The translations under genes were made by a program, and so were the position numbers. A stretch of 64,000 nucleotides of DNA, from NCBI GenBank assembly GCA_964016885.1, contig OZ024760.1:32922001-32986000 (forward strand), written 5' to 3'. The stretch is from Eledone cirrhosa (Eukaryota). Every line of letters begins with the position of its first letter. Position 1 is the stretch's first letter. The notes beneath the pieces are model-generated. The model was not told the origin of the DNA. It did not search any database and was given only the letters and a program-made list of their open reading frames with translations. Shown piece by piece: positions 44,301 through 59,400 of the stretch.

Positions 44301-47300
44301 GACTGGTCATCTGACAAACAGACTGGTCATCTGACCAACAGACTGGTCATCTGACCATCAGACTGGTCATCTAACCATCAGACTGTTCATCTCACCCACT
44401 GACTGGTCATCTCACCAACAGACTGGTCATCTCACCAACAGACTGGTCATCTCACCAACAGACTGGTCATCTGACCTACAGACTGGTCATATGACAAACA
44501 AAATGGTCGTATGACCAACATACTGGTCATCTGACGAACAGACTGGTAATCTCACCAACAGACTGGTCATCTGACCAACAGACTGATCATCTGACCAACA
44601 GACTGGTCATCTCACCAACAGACTGATCATCAGACGAACAAACTGTTCATCTCACCAACAGACTGGTCATCTCACCAACAGACTGGTCATCTGACCAACA
44701 GACTGGTCATCTCACCAACAGACTGATCATCAGACCAGCAAACTGTTCATCTCACCAACAGACTGGCCATCTGACAAACAGACTGTTCCTCTGACCAACA
44801 GACTGGTCATCTGACCAACAGACTGGTCATCTCACCAACAGACTGGTCATCTCACCAACAGACTGATCATCAGACCAACAAACTGTTCATCTCACCAACA
44901 GACTGGTCATCTCACCAACAGACTGGTCATCTGACGAACAGACTGGTCATCTCAATAACAGACTGGTCATCTCACCAACAGACTGGTCATCTGATTAACA
45001 GACTGGTCATCTCACCCACTGACTGGTCATCTCACCAACAGACTGGTCATCTCACCAACAGACTGGTCATCTGATCAACAGACTGGTCATCTGACCAACA
45101 GACTGGTCATCTGACAAACAGACTGGTCATCTGAATAACAAGCTGGTCATCTGACGAACAGACTGGTCGTCTCACCAACAGACTGGTCATCTGACCAACA
45201 GCCTGGTCCTCTCACCAACAGACTGGTCATCTGACCAACAGACTGGTCATCTGACAAACAGTCTGGTCATCTGACCAACAGACTGGTCATCTGACCAACT
45301 GACTGGTAATCTGACCAACAGACTGGTCATCTCACCAACAGACTGATCATCAGACCAACAAACTGTTCATCTCACCAACAGACTGGTCATCTGACCAACA
45401 GACTGGTCATCTGACCCACAGACTGGTCATCTGACAAACAGATTGGTCATCTCAACAACAGACTGGTCATCTCACCAACAGACTGGTCATCTGACTAACA
45501 GACTGGTCATCTGACTAACAGACTAGTCTTCTGACCAACAGACTGGTCATCTGACCAACAGACTGGTCATCTGACCAACAGACTGGTCATCTGACCAACA
45601 GACTGGTCATCTCACCAACAGACTGGAAATCTGACCCACAGACTGGTCATCTGACCAACAGACTGGTCAACTGACAAACAGACTGGTCATCTAACCAACA
45701 GACTGGTCATATAACCAATAGACTGGTCATCTGACCCACACACTGGTCATCTGACAAACAGACTGGTCATCTGACCAACAGACTGGTCATCTGACCAACA
45801 GACTGGTCATCTGATCCACAGACAGGTCATCTGACGAACTGACTGGTCATCTGACGAACAGACTGGTCATCTCACCCACAGCTGGTCATCTCACCAACAG
45901 ACTGGTCATCTCACCAACAGACTGGTCATCTCACCAACAGACTGGTCATCTGACCAACAGACTGGTCTTCTGACCAACAGACTGGTCATGTCACCAACAG
46001 ACTGGTCATCTGACCAACAGACTGGTCATCTCACCAACAGACTGGACACCTGACCCACAGACTGGACATCTGAACCACAGAGTGTTCATCTCACCAACAG
46101 ATTGGTCATCTGACCAACAGACTGGTCATCTGACCAAGAGACTGGTCTTCTCACCAACAGACTGGTCTTCTGACAAACAGACTGGTCATCTGACCCACAG
46201 ACTGGTCATCTCAGCAACAGACTGGTCTTCTGACCAACAGCCAGGTCATCTCACCAACAGACTGGTCATCTCACCAACAGACTGGACACATGACCCACGG
46301 ATTGGTCATCTGACCAACAGACTGGTCATCTGACCAACAGACTGGTCATCTGACCAACAGATTGGTCATCTCACCAACAGACTGATCATCCGACCAACAG
46401 ACTGGTCATCTGACCAACAGACTGGTAATCTGACCAACAGACTGGTCATCTCACCAACAGACTTGTCATCTCACCAACAGACTGGTGATCTGACCAACAG
46501 ACTGGTCATCGGACACACAGACTGGTCATCTGACCCACAGATTGGTCATCTGACCAACAGACTGGTCATCTGACAAACAGACTGGTCCTCTGACCAACAG
46601 ACTGGTCATCTGACCAAAAAATGGTCATCTGACGAACAGACTGGTCATCTCACCAACAGACTGGTCATCTGACCAACTGACTGTTCTTCTCACCAACAGA
46701 CTGGTCATCGGACCCACAGACTGGTCATCTGACCAACAGACTGGTCTTCTCACCAACAGACTGGTCATCTGACCAACAGACTGGTCATCTGACAAACAGA
46801 CTGGTCATCTGACCAACAGACTGGTCATCTGACCGACAGACTGGTCATCTGACCAACATACTGGTCATTTGACAAACAGACTGGTCATCTGACCAACAGA
46901 ATGGTCATCTGACTAACAGACTGGAACAGACTGGTTATCTCACCCACTGACTGGTCATCTCACCAACAGACTGGTCATCTCACCAACAGACTGGTCATCT
47001 GACCAACAGCCTGGTCTTCTCACCAACGGACTGGTCATCTGACCAACAGACTGGTCATCTGACAAACAGTCTGGTCATCTGACCAACAGACTGGTCATCT
47101 GACCAACAGACTGGTAATCTGACCAACAGACTGGTCATCTCACCAACAACTGATCATCATACCGACAAACTGTTCATCTCACCAACAGACGGGTCATCTG
47201 ACCAACAGACTGGTCATCTGACCCACAGACTGGTCATCTGACCAACAGACTGGTCATCTGACCAACAGACTGGTCATCTAACCAACATACTGGTCATCTC

Positions 47301-47520
47301 ACCAACAGACTGGTCATCTGATTAACAGACTGGTCTTCTGACCAACAGACTGGTCATCTGACCAACAGACTTGTCATCTGACCAACAGACTGGTCATCTC
47401 ACCAACAGACTGGAAATCTGACCCACAGACTGGTCATCTCACCAACAGACTGGACATCTGACTCACAGACTGATCATCTCACCAACAGATTGGTTATCTG
47501 ACCAACAGACTGGTCATCTG

Positions 47521-49080
47521 ACCAACAGAGTGGTCTTCTGACCAACAGACTGGTCTTCTGACTAACAGACTGGTCATCCGACCAACAGACTGGTCATCTC
47601 ACCAAGAGATTGGTCATCTGACCAACAGACTGGTCATCTGACCAACAGACTGGTCATCTGACCAACAGACTGGACATCTGACCCACAGACCGGTCATCTG
47701 ACCAACAGACTGGTCATCTCACCAACAGACTGGTCATCTGACCAACAGACTTGTCATCTGACCAACAGATTGGTCATCTAACCAACAGACTGGTTATCGG
47801 ACCAACAGACTGCTCATCTCACCCACAGACTGGTCATCTCACCAACAGACTGGTCATCTGAGCCACAGACTGGTCATCTGACCAACAGACTGGTCATCTG
47901 ACCAACAGATTGGTCATCTCACCGACAGACTGGTCATCAGACCAACAGACTGGTCATCTGACCAACAGACTGGTCACCTGACCAACAGACTGGTCATCTG
48001 ACCAACAGACTGGTCATCTCACCCACAGACTGGTCATCTCACCAACAGACTTGTCATCTGACCAACAGACTGGTCATCTGACCAACAGACTGGTCATCTC
48101 ACCAACAGCCTGGTCATCTGACTAACAGACTGGTCTTCTGACCAACAAACTGGTCATCTGACCAACAGACTGGTCCTCTGACCAACAGACTGGTCATCTG
48201 ACCAACAGACTGGTCATCTAACCAACATACTGGTCATCTCACCAACAGACTGGTCATCTGACTAACAGACTGGTCTTCTGACCAACAGACTGGTCATCTG
48301 ACCAACAGACTGGTCATCTGACCAACAGAGTGGTCTTCTGACCAACAGACTGGTCTTCTGACTAACAGACTGGTCATCCGACCAACAGACTGGTCATCTC
48401 ACCAAGAGATTGGTCATCTGACCAACAGACTGGTCATCTGACCAACAGACTGGTCATCTGACCAACAGACTGGACATCTGACCCACAGACCGGTCATCTG
48501 ACCAACAGACTGGTCATCTCACCAACAGACTGGTCATCTGACCAACAGACTTGTCATCTGACCAACAGATTGGTCATCTAACCAACAGACTGGTTATCGG
48601 ACCAACAGACTGCTCATCTCACCCACAGACTGGTCATCTCACCAACAGACTGGTCATCTGACCCACAGACTGGTCATCTGACCAACAGACTGGTCATCTG
48701 ACCAACAGATTGGTCATCTCACCGACAGACTGGTCATCCGACCAACAGACTGGTCATCTGACCAACAGACTGGTCACCTGACCAACAGACTGGTCATCTG
48801 ACCAACAGACTGGTCATCTCACCCACAGACTGGTCATCTGACCAACAGACTGGTCATCTGACCAACAGACTGGTCATCTGACCAACAGACTGGTCATCTC
48901 ACCAACAGCCTGGTCATCTGACTAACAGACTGCTCTTCTGACCAACAAACTGGTCATCTGACCAACAGACTGGTCATCTGACCAACAGACTGGTCATCTG
49001 ACCAACAGACTGGTCATCTAACCAACATACTGGTCATCTCACCAACAGACTGGTCATCTGACTAACAGACTGGTCTTCTG
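47521..49080. repeat. ~800-bp (40-monomer) tandem duplication
   Basis: accaagagat 47601/48401, cggtcatctg 47691/48491, tggttatcgg 47791/48591, accaacagcc 48101/48901, accaacatac 48221/49021. Confidence 0.85.
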
Positions 49081-52000
49081 ACCAACAGACTGGTCATCTC
49101 ACCAACAGAATGGTCATCTGACCAACAGACTGGTCATCTCACCCACTGACTGGTCATCTCACCAACAGACTGGTAATCTGATAAACAGACTGGTCATCTG
49201 ACTCACAGACTGGTCATCTTACCAACAGATTGGTTATCTGACCAACAGACTGGTCATCTGACCAACAGAGTGGTCTTCTGACCAACAAACTGGTCTTCTG
49301 ACTAACAGACTGGTCATCCGACCAACAGACTGGTCATCTCACCAATAGACTGGTCATCTGACCAACAGACTGGTCATCTGACCAACAGACTGGTAATCTG
49401 ACAAAGAAACTGGTCATCGGACCAACAGACTGGTCATCTGACCAACAGACTGGTCATCTCACCCACAGACTGGTCATCTCACCAACAGACTGGTCATCTG
49501 ATCAACAGACTGGTCATCTGACAAACAGACTGGTCATCTGACCAAGAGACTGGTCATCTCACCAACAGACTGGTCATCTGACCAACAGACTGGTCTTCTG
49601 ATCAACAGACTGGTCATCTCACCAACAGACTAGTCATCTCACCAACAGACTGGTCATCTGACCAACAGACTGGTAATCTGACCAACAGACTGGTCAGCTG
49701 ACCAACAGATTGGTCATCTCACCAACAGACTGGTCATCTGATCAACAGACTGGTCATCTGACAAACAGACTGGTCATCTGACCAACAGACTGGTCATCTG
49801 ACCAACAGACTGGTCATCTCACCCACAGACTGCTCATCTCACCAACAGACTTGTCATCTCACCAACAGACTGGTCATCTGACCAACAGACTGGTCATCTG
49901 TCCAACAGACTGGTCATCTGACAAACAGACTGGTCATCTGACCAAGAGACTGGTCATCTGACTAACAGACTGGTCATCTGACCAACAGACTGGTCATCTC
50001 ACCAACAGACTGGTCATCTGACTCACAGACTGGTCATCTCACCAACAGAATGGTCATGTCACCAACAGACTGGTCATCTCACCAACAGATTGGTCATCTG
50101 ACCAACAGACTGCCATCTCACCAACAGACTGGTCATCTCACCAACAGACTGGACATCTGACCCACAGACTGGTCATTCGACCAACAGACTGGTCATCTGA
50201 CCAACAGAATGGTCATCTGACCAACAGACTGGTCATCTGACCAACAGACTGGTCATCTGACCAACAGATTTGTCATCTCACCAACAGACTGGTCATCTGA
50301 TCAACAGACTGGTCATCTGACAAACAGACTGGTCTTCTGACCAACAGACTGGTCATCTCACCCACAGACTGGTCATCTTACCAACAGACTGGTCATCTGA
50401 CTCACAGACTGGTCATCTGACAAACAGACTGGTCATCTGACCAACAGACTGGTCATCCGACCAACAGACTGGTCACCTGATCAACAGACTGGTCATCTGA
50501 CCAACAGACTGGACATCTCACCCACAGACTGGTCATCTCACCAACAGACTTGTCATCTCACCAACAGACTGGTCATCTGACCAACAGACTGGTCATCTGA
50601 CCAACAGACTGGTCATCTGACCAACAGACTGGTCATCTCACCAACAGACTGGTCATCTCACCAACAGATTCGTCATCTGACCAACAGACTGGTCATCTGA
50701 CCAACAGACTGGTCATCTGACCAACAGACTGGTCATCTGACAAACAGACTGGTCATCTGACCAATAGACTGGTCATCTGACACATAGACTGGTCATCTGA
50801 CCAACAGATTGGTCTTCTGACCAACAGACTGGTCATCTCACCAACAGACTGGTCATCTCACCAACAGACTGGTCATCTGACAAACAGACTGGTCATCTGA
50901 CCAACAGACTGGTCTTCTGACCAACAGATTGGTCATCTGACCGAAAGACTGGTCATCTGACAAACAGACTGGTCATCTAACCAACAGACTGGTCATCTGA
51001 CCCACACACTGGTCATCTGACAAACAGACGGCTCATCTGACCAACAGACTGGTCATCTGACCAACAGAGCGGTCATCTGACCCAGAGATTGGTCATCTGA
51101 CGAACTGACTGGTCATCTGACGAACAGACTGGTCATCTGACCAACAGACTGGTTTTCTGACCAACAGACAGGACACCTGACCAACAGACTGGTCATCTGA
51201 CCAACAGACTGGTCATCTCACCAACAGAATTGTCATATCACCAACAGACTGGTCATCTGACCAACAGACTGGTCATCTGACCAACAGACTGGTCATCTGA
51301 CAAACAGACTGGTCATCTGACCAACAGACTGGTCATCTGACGAACAGACAGGTCATCTCACCAACAGACTGGTCATCTGACCAACAGACTGTTCTTCTCA
51401 CCATCAGACTGGTCATCGGACCCACAGACTGGTCATCTGACCAACAGACTGGTCATCTGACCAACAGACTGGTCATCTGACCAACAGACTGGTCATCTGA
51501 CCAACAGACTGGTCATCTGACCCACAGATGCGTCATCTGACCAACAGACTGGTCATCTCACCAACAGCCTGGTCATCTGACTAACAGACTGCTCTTCTGA
51601 CCAACAAACTGGTCATCTGACCAACAGACTGGTCATCTGACCAACAGACTGGTCATCTGACCAACAGACTGGTCATCTAACCAACATACTGGTCATCTCA
51701 CCAACAGACTGGTCATCTGACTAACAGACTGGTCTTCTGACCAACAGACTGGTCATCTCACCAACAGAATGGTCATCTGACCAACAGACTGGTCATCTCA
51801 CCCACTGACTGGTCATCTCACCAACAGACTGGTAATCTGATAAACAGACTGGTCATCTGACTCACAGACTGGTCATCTTACCAACAGATTGGTTATCTGA
51901 CCAACAGACTGGTCATCTGACCAACAGAGTGGTCTTCTGACCAACAAACTGGTCTTCTGACTAACAGACTGGTCATCCGACCAACAGACTGGTCATCTCA

Positions 52001-54260
52001 CCAATAGACTGGTCATCTGACCAACAGACTGGTCATCTGACCAACAGACTGGTAATCTGACAAAGAAACTGGTCATCGGACCAACAGACTGGTCATCTGA
52101 CCAACAGACTGGTCATCTCACCCACAGACTGGTCATCTCACCAACAGACTGGTCATCTGATCAACAGACTGGTCATCTGACAAACAGACTGGTCATCTGA
52201 CCAAGAGACTGGTCATCTCACCAACAGACTGGTCATCTGACCAACAGACTGGTCTTCTGATCAACAGACTGGTCATCTCACCAACAGACTAGTCATCTCA
52301 CCAACAGACTGGTCATCTGACCAACAGACTGGTAATCTGACCAACAGACTGGTCAGCTGACCAACAGATTGGTCATCTCACCAACAGACTGGTCATCTGA
52401 TCAACAGACTGGTCATCTGACAAACAGACTGGTCATCTGACCAACAGACTGGTCATCTGACCAACAGACTGGTCATCTCACCCACAGACTGCTCATCTCA
52501 CCAACAGACTTGTCATCTCACCAACAGACTGGTCATCTGACCAACAGACTGGTCATCTGTCCAACAGACTGGTCATCTGACAAACAGACTGGTCATCTGA
52601 CCAAGAGACTGGTCATCTGACTAACAGACTGGTCATCTGACCAACAGACTGGTCATCTCACCAACAGACTGGTCATCTGACTCACAGACTGGTCATCTCA
52701 CCAACAGACTGGTCATCTCACCAACAGACTGCTCATCTGACCAACAGACTGGTCTTCTGACCAACAGAATGGTCATGTCACCAACAGACTGGTCATCTCA
52801 CCAACAGATTGGTCATCTGACCAACAGACTGCCATCTCACCAACAGACTGGTCATCTCACCAACAGACTGGACATCTGACCCACAGACTGGTCATTCGAC
52901 CAACAGACTGGTCATCTGACCAACAGAATGGTCATCTGACCAACAGACTGGTCATCTGACCAACAGACTGGTCATCTGACCAACAGATTTGTCATCTCAC
53001 CAACAGACTGGTCATCTGATCAACAGACTGGTCATCTGACAAACAGACTGGTCTTCTGACCAACAGACTGGTCATCTCACCCACAGACTGGTCATCTCAC
53101 CAACAGACTGGTCATCTTACCAACAGACTGGTCATCTGACTCACAGACTGGTCATCTGACAAACAGACTGGTCATCTGACCAACAGACTGGTCATCCGAC
53201 CAACAGACTGGTCACCTGATCAACAGACTGGTCATCTGACCAACAGACTGGACATCTCACCCACAGACTGGTCATCTCACCAACAGACTTGTCATCTCAC
53301 CAACAGACTGGTCATCTGACCAACAGACTGGTCATCTGACCAACAGACTGGTCATCTGACCAACAGACTGGTCATCTCACCAACAGACTGGTCATCTCAC
53401 CAACAGATTCGTCATCTGACCAACAGACTGGTCATCTGACCAACAGACTGGTCATCTGACCAACAGACTGGTCATCTGACAAACAGACTGGTCATCTGAC
53501 CAATAGACTGGTCATCTGACACATAGACTGGTCATCTGACCAACAGATTGGTCTTCTGACCAACAGACTGGTCATCTCACCAACAGACTGGTCATCTCAC
53601 CAACAGACTGGTCATCTGACAAACAGACTGGTCATCTGACCAACAGACTGGTCTTCTGACCAACAGATTGGTCATCTGACCGAAAGACTGGTCATCTGAC
53701 AAACAGACTGGTCATCTAACCAACAGACTGGTCATCTGACCCACACACTGGTCATCTGACAAACAAACGGCTCATCTGACCAACAGACTGGTCATCTGAC
53801 CAACAGACCGGTCATCTGACCCAGAGATTGGTCATCTGACGAACTGACTGGTCATCTGACGAACAGACTGGTCATCTGACCAACAGACTGGTTTTCTGAC
53901 CAACAGACAGGACACCTGACCAACAGACTGGTCATCTGACCAACAGACTGGTCATCTCACCAACAGAATTGTCATATCACCAACAGACTGGTCATCTGAC
54001 CAACAGACTGGTCATCTGACCAACAGACTGGTCATCTGACAAACAGACTGGTCATCTGACCAACAGACTGGTCATCTGACGAACAGACAGGTCATCTCAC
54101 TAACAGACTGGTCATCTGACCAACAGACTGTTCTTCTCACCATCAGACTGGTCATCGGACCCACAGACTGGTCATCTGACCAACAGACTGGTCATCTGAC
54201 CAACAGACTGGTCATCTGACCAACAGACTGGTCATCTGACCCACAGATGCGTCATCTGAC
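48880..54260. repeat. ~2.7-kb tandem segmental duplication (~48880-51540 vs ~51540-54260)
   Basis: Both copies share tgctcttctg (48931/~51590), acaaagaaac (49401/~52060), the 1-bp-deleted tgccatctc (50111/~52830), acacatagac (~50780/~53519) and cagatgcgtc (~51525/~54244). Confidence 0.92.
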
Positions 54261-56499
54261 CAACAGACTGGTCATCTGACAAACAGACTGGTCATCTGAC
54301 CAACAGACTGGTCATCTGACCAAAAAAATGGTCATCTGACGAACAGACTGGTCATCTCACCAACAGACTGGTCATCGGACCAACAGATTGGTCATCTCAC
54401 CAACAGACTGGTCATCTGACAAACAGACTGGTCATATGACCAACAGACTGGTCATCTGACGAACAGACTGGTCATCTCACCCACAGACTGGTCATCTCAC
54501 CAACAGACTGGTCATCTGATCAACAGACTGGTCATCTGACAAAAACTGGTCATCTGACCAACAGACTGGTCATCTCACCAACAGACTGGTCATCTCACCA
54601 ACAGACTGGTCTTCTGATCAACAGCCTGGTTATCTCACCAACAGACTAGTCATCTCACCAACAGACTGGTCATCTGTCCAACAGACTGGTCATCTGCCCA
54701 ACAGACTGGTCATCTGACCAACAGACTGGTCATTTGACCAACAGATTGGTCATCTCACCAACAGACTGGTCATCTGATCAACAGACTGGTCATCTGACAA
54801 ACAGACTGGTCATCTGACCAACAGACTGGTCATCTCACCAACAGACAGGTCATCTGACCAACAGACTGGTCATCTGACCAACAGACTGCTCATCTCACCA
54901 ACAGACTGGTCATCTCACCAACAGACTGATCATCAGACCAACAAACTGTTCATCTCACCAACAGACTGGTCATCTGACAAACAGACTGGTCATCTCACCA
55001 ACAGACTGGTCATCTCACCAACAGACTGGTCATCTGATTAACAGACTGGTCATCTGACTAACAGACTGGTCTTCTGACCAACAGACTGGTTATCTGACCA
55101 ACAGACTGGTCATCTGACCAACAGACTGGTCATCTCACCAACAGACTGGAAATCTGACCCACAGACTGGTCATCTCACCAACAGACTGGACATCTGACTC
55201 ACAGACTGGTCATCTCACCAACAGATTGGTTATCTGACCAATAGACTGGTCATCTGACCAACAGAGTGGTCTTCTGACCAACAGACTGGTCTTCTGACTA
55301 ACAGACTGGTCATCCGACCAACAGACTGGTCATCTCACCAACAGATTGGTCATCTGACCAACAGACTTAACATCTGACCAACAGACTTGTCATCTGACCA
55401 ACAGATTGGTCATCTAACCAACAGACTGGTTATCGGACCAACAGACTGCTCATCTCACCCACAGACTGGTCATCTCACCAACAGACTGTTCATCTGACCC
55501 ACAGACTGGTCATCTGACCAACAGACTGGTCATCTGACCAACAGACTGGTCATCTCACCAACAGCCTGGTCATCTGACTAACAGACTGGTCTTCTGACCA
55601 ACAAACTGGTCATCTGACCAACGGACTGGTCATCTGACCAACAGACTGGTCATCTGACCAACAGACTGGTCATCTCACCAACAGACTGGTTATCTCACCA
55701 ACAGATTCGTCATATGACCAACAGACTGGTCATCTGACCAACAGACTGGTCATCTGACCAACAGACTGGTCATCTGACAAACAGACTGGTCATCTGACCA
55801 ATAGACTGGTCATCTGACAAATAGACTGGTCATCTGACCAACAGATTGGTCTTCTGACCAACAGACTGGTCATCTCACCAACAGACTGGTCATCTCACCA
55901 ACAGATTCGTCATCTGACCAACAGACTGGTCATCTGACCAACAGTCTGGTCATCTGACCAACAGACTGGTCATCTGACAAACAGACTGGTCATCTGACGA
56001 ACAGACTGGTCTTCTGACCAACAGATTGGTCATCTGACCAAAAGACTGGTGATCTGACAAACAGACTGGTCATCTAACCAACAGACTGGTCATCTGACCC
56101 ACACACTGGTCATCTGACAAACAGACAGGTTATCTGACCAACAAATAGTCATCTGACCAACAGACCGGTCATCTGACCCAGAGATTGGTCATCTGACGAA
56201 CTGACTGGTCATCTGACGAACAGACTGGTCATCTCACCAACAGACTGATCATCTGACCAACAGACTGGTTTTCTGACCAACAGACTGGACACCTGACCAA
56301 CAGACTGGTCATCTGACCAACAGACTGGTCATCTCACCAACAGACTTGTCATATCACTAACAGACTGGTCATCTGACCAACAGACTGGTCATCTCACAAA
56401 CAGACTGGTCATCTGACCAACAGACTGGTCATCTGACGAACAGACTGGTCATCTCACCAACAGACTGGTCATCTGACCAACAGACTGTTCTTCTCACCA

Positions 56500-59400
56500 T
56501 CAGACTGGTCATCGGTCCCACAGACTGGTCATCTGACCCACACACTGGTCATCTGACAAACAGACTGGTCATCTGACCAACAGACTGGTCATCTGACCAA
56601 CAGACTGGTCATCTGACCCACAGACTGGTCATCTTACGAACTGACTCGTCATCTGACGAACAGACTGGTCATCTCACCCACAGCTGGTCATCTCACCAAC
56701 AGACTGGTCATCTCACCAACAGACTGGTCATCTCACCAACAGACTGGTCATCTGACCAACAGACTGGTCATCTCACCAACAGACTGGTCATCTGACCAAC
56801 AGACTTGTCATCTCACCAACAGACTGATCATCAGATCAACAAACTGTTCATCTCACCAACAGACTGTTCATCTGACAAACAGACTGCTCATCTGACAAAC
56901 AGACTGGTCATCTGACCAACAGACTGGTCATCTCACCAACAGACTGATCATCAGACCAACAAACTGTTCATCTCACCAACAGACTGGTCATCTGACAAAC
57001 AGACTAGTCATCTGACCAACAGACTGGTCATCTCACCAACAGACTGGTCATCTCACCAACAGACTGATCATCAGACCAACAAACTGTTCATCTCACCAAC
57101 AGACTGGTCATCTGACGAACAGACTGGTCATCTCACCAACAGACTGGTCATCTCACCAACAGACTGGTCATCTGATTAACAGACTGGTCATCTGACTAAC
57201 AGACTGGTCTTCTGACCAACAGACTGGTCATCTGACCAACAGACTGGTCATCTGACCAACAGACTGGTCATCTCACCAACAGACTGGAAATCTGACCCAT
57301 AGACTGGTCATCTCACCAACAGACTGGACATCTGACTCACAGACTGGTCATCTCACCAACAGATTGGTTATCTGAACAACAGACTGGTCATCTGACCAAC
57401 AGAGTGGTCTTCTGACCAACAGACTGGTCTTCTGACTAACAGACTGGTCATCCGACCAACAGACTGGTCATCTCACCAACAGATTGGTCATCTGACCAAC
57501 AGACTGGTCATCTGACCAACAGACTGGTCATCTGACCAACAGACTGGACATCTGACCCACAGACCGGTCATCTGACCAACAGACTGGTCATCTCACCAAC
57601 AGACTGGTCCTCTGACCAACAGACTTGTCATCTGACCAACAGATTGGTCATCTAACCAACAGACTGGTTATCGGACCAACAGACTGCTCATCTCACCCAC
57701 AGACTGGTCATCTCACCAACAGACTGGTCATCTGACCCACAGACTGGTCATCTGACCAACAGACTGGTCATCTGACCAACAGACTGGTCATCTGACCAAC
57801 AGACTGGTCATCTCACCAACAGCCTGGTCATCTGACTAACAGACTGGTCTTCTGACCAACAAACTGGTCATCTGACCAACAGACTGGTCATCTGACCAAC
57901 AGACTGGTCATCTGACAAACAGACTGGTCATCTGACCAATAGACTGGTCATCTGACAAATAGACTGGTCATCTGACCAACAGATTGGTCTTCTGACCAAC
58001 AGACTGGTCATCTCACCAACAGACTGGTCATCTCACCAACAGATTCGTCATATGACCAACAGACTGGTCATCTGACCAACAGACTGGTCATCTGACCAAC
58101 AGACTGGTCATCTGACAAACAGACTGGTCATCTGACCAATAGACTGGTCATCTGACAAATAGACTGGTCATCTGACCAACAGATTGGTCTTCTGACCAAC
58201 AGACTGGTCATCTCACCAACAGACTGGTCATCTCACCAACAGATTCGTCATCTGACCAACAGACTGGTCATCTGACCAACAGTCTGGTCATCTGACCAAC
58301 AGACTGGTCATCTGACAAACAGACTGGTCATCTGACCAACAGACTGGTCTTCTGACCAACAGATTGGTCATCTGACCAAAAGACTGGTCATCTGACAAAC
58401 AGACTGGTCATCTGACCAACAGACTGGTCATCTGACCAACAGACCGGTCATCTGACCCAGAGATTGGTCATCTGACGAACTGACTGGTCATCTGACAAAC
58501 AGACTGGTCATCTGAACAAGAGAGTGGTCATCTGACAAACAGACTGGTCATCTGACCAACAGACTGGTCATCTGACCAACAGACTGGTCATCTCACCAAC
58601 AGACTTGTCATATCACTAACAGACTAGTCATCTGACCAACAGACTGGTCATCTGACCAACAGACTGGTCATCTCACAAACAGACTGGTCATCTGACCAAC
58701 AGACTGGTCATCTGACGAACAGACTGGTCATCTCACCAACAGACTGGTCATCTGACCAACAGACTGTTCTTCTCACCATCAGACTGGTCATCGGACCCAC
58801 AGACTGGTCATCTGACCAACAGACTGGTCATCTGACCAACAGACTGGTCATCTGACGAACAGACTGGTCATCTGACCCACAGATGGGTCATCTGACCAAC
58901 AGACTGGTCATCTGACAAACAGACTGGTCATCTGACCAACAGACTGGTCATCTGACCAAAAAAATGGTCATCTGACGAACAGACTGGTCATCTCACCAAC
59001 AGACTGGTCATCTGACCAACTGACTGTTCTTCTCACCAACAGACTGGTCATCGGTCCCACAGACTGGTCATCTGACCCACACACTGGTCATCTGACAAAC
59101 AGACTGGTCATCTGACCAACAGACTGGTCATCTGACCAACAGACTGGTCATCTGACCTACAGACTGGTCATCTTACGAACTGACTCGTCATCTGACGAAC
59201 AGACTGGTCATCTCACCCACAGCTGGTCATCTCACCAACAGACTTGGCATCTCACCAACAGACTGGTCATCTCACCAACAGACTGGTCATCTGACCAACA
59301 GACTGGTCATCTCACCAACAGACTGGTCATCTGACCAACAGACTTGTCATCTCACCAACAGACTGATCATCAGATCAACAAACTGTTCATCTCACCAACA

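Noticed and set aside
6470-46333. Seven plus-strand ORFs encoding (SPTDWSSDQQTGHLTNRLVI)n-like peptides
   Set aside because: They are the translation of three monomers (60 bp = 20 codons). They stay open only where a non-G base or similar variant removes the TGA in every third monomer. Starts are TTG/GTG from point variants, and with ~3,200 monomers such runs are expected by chance and duplication.
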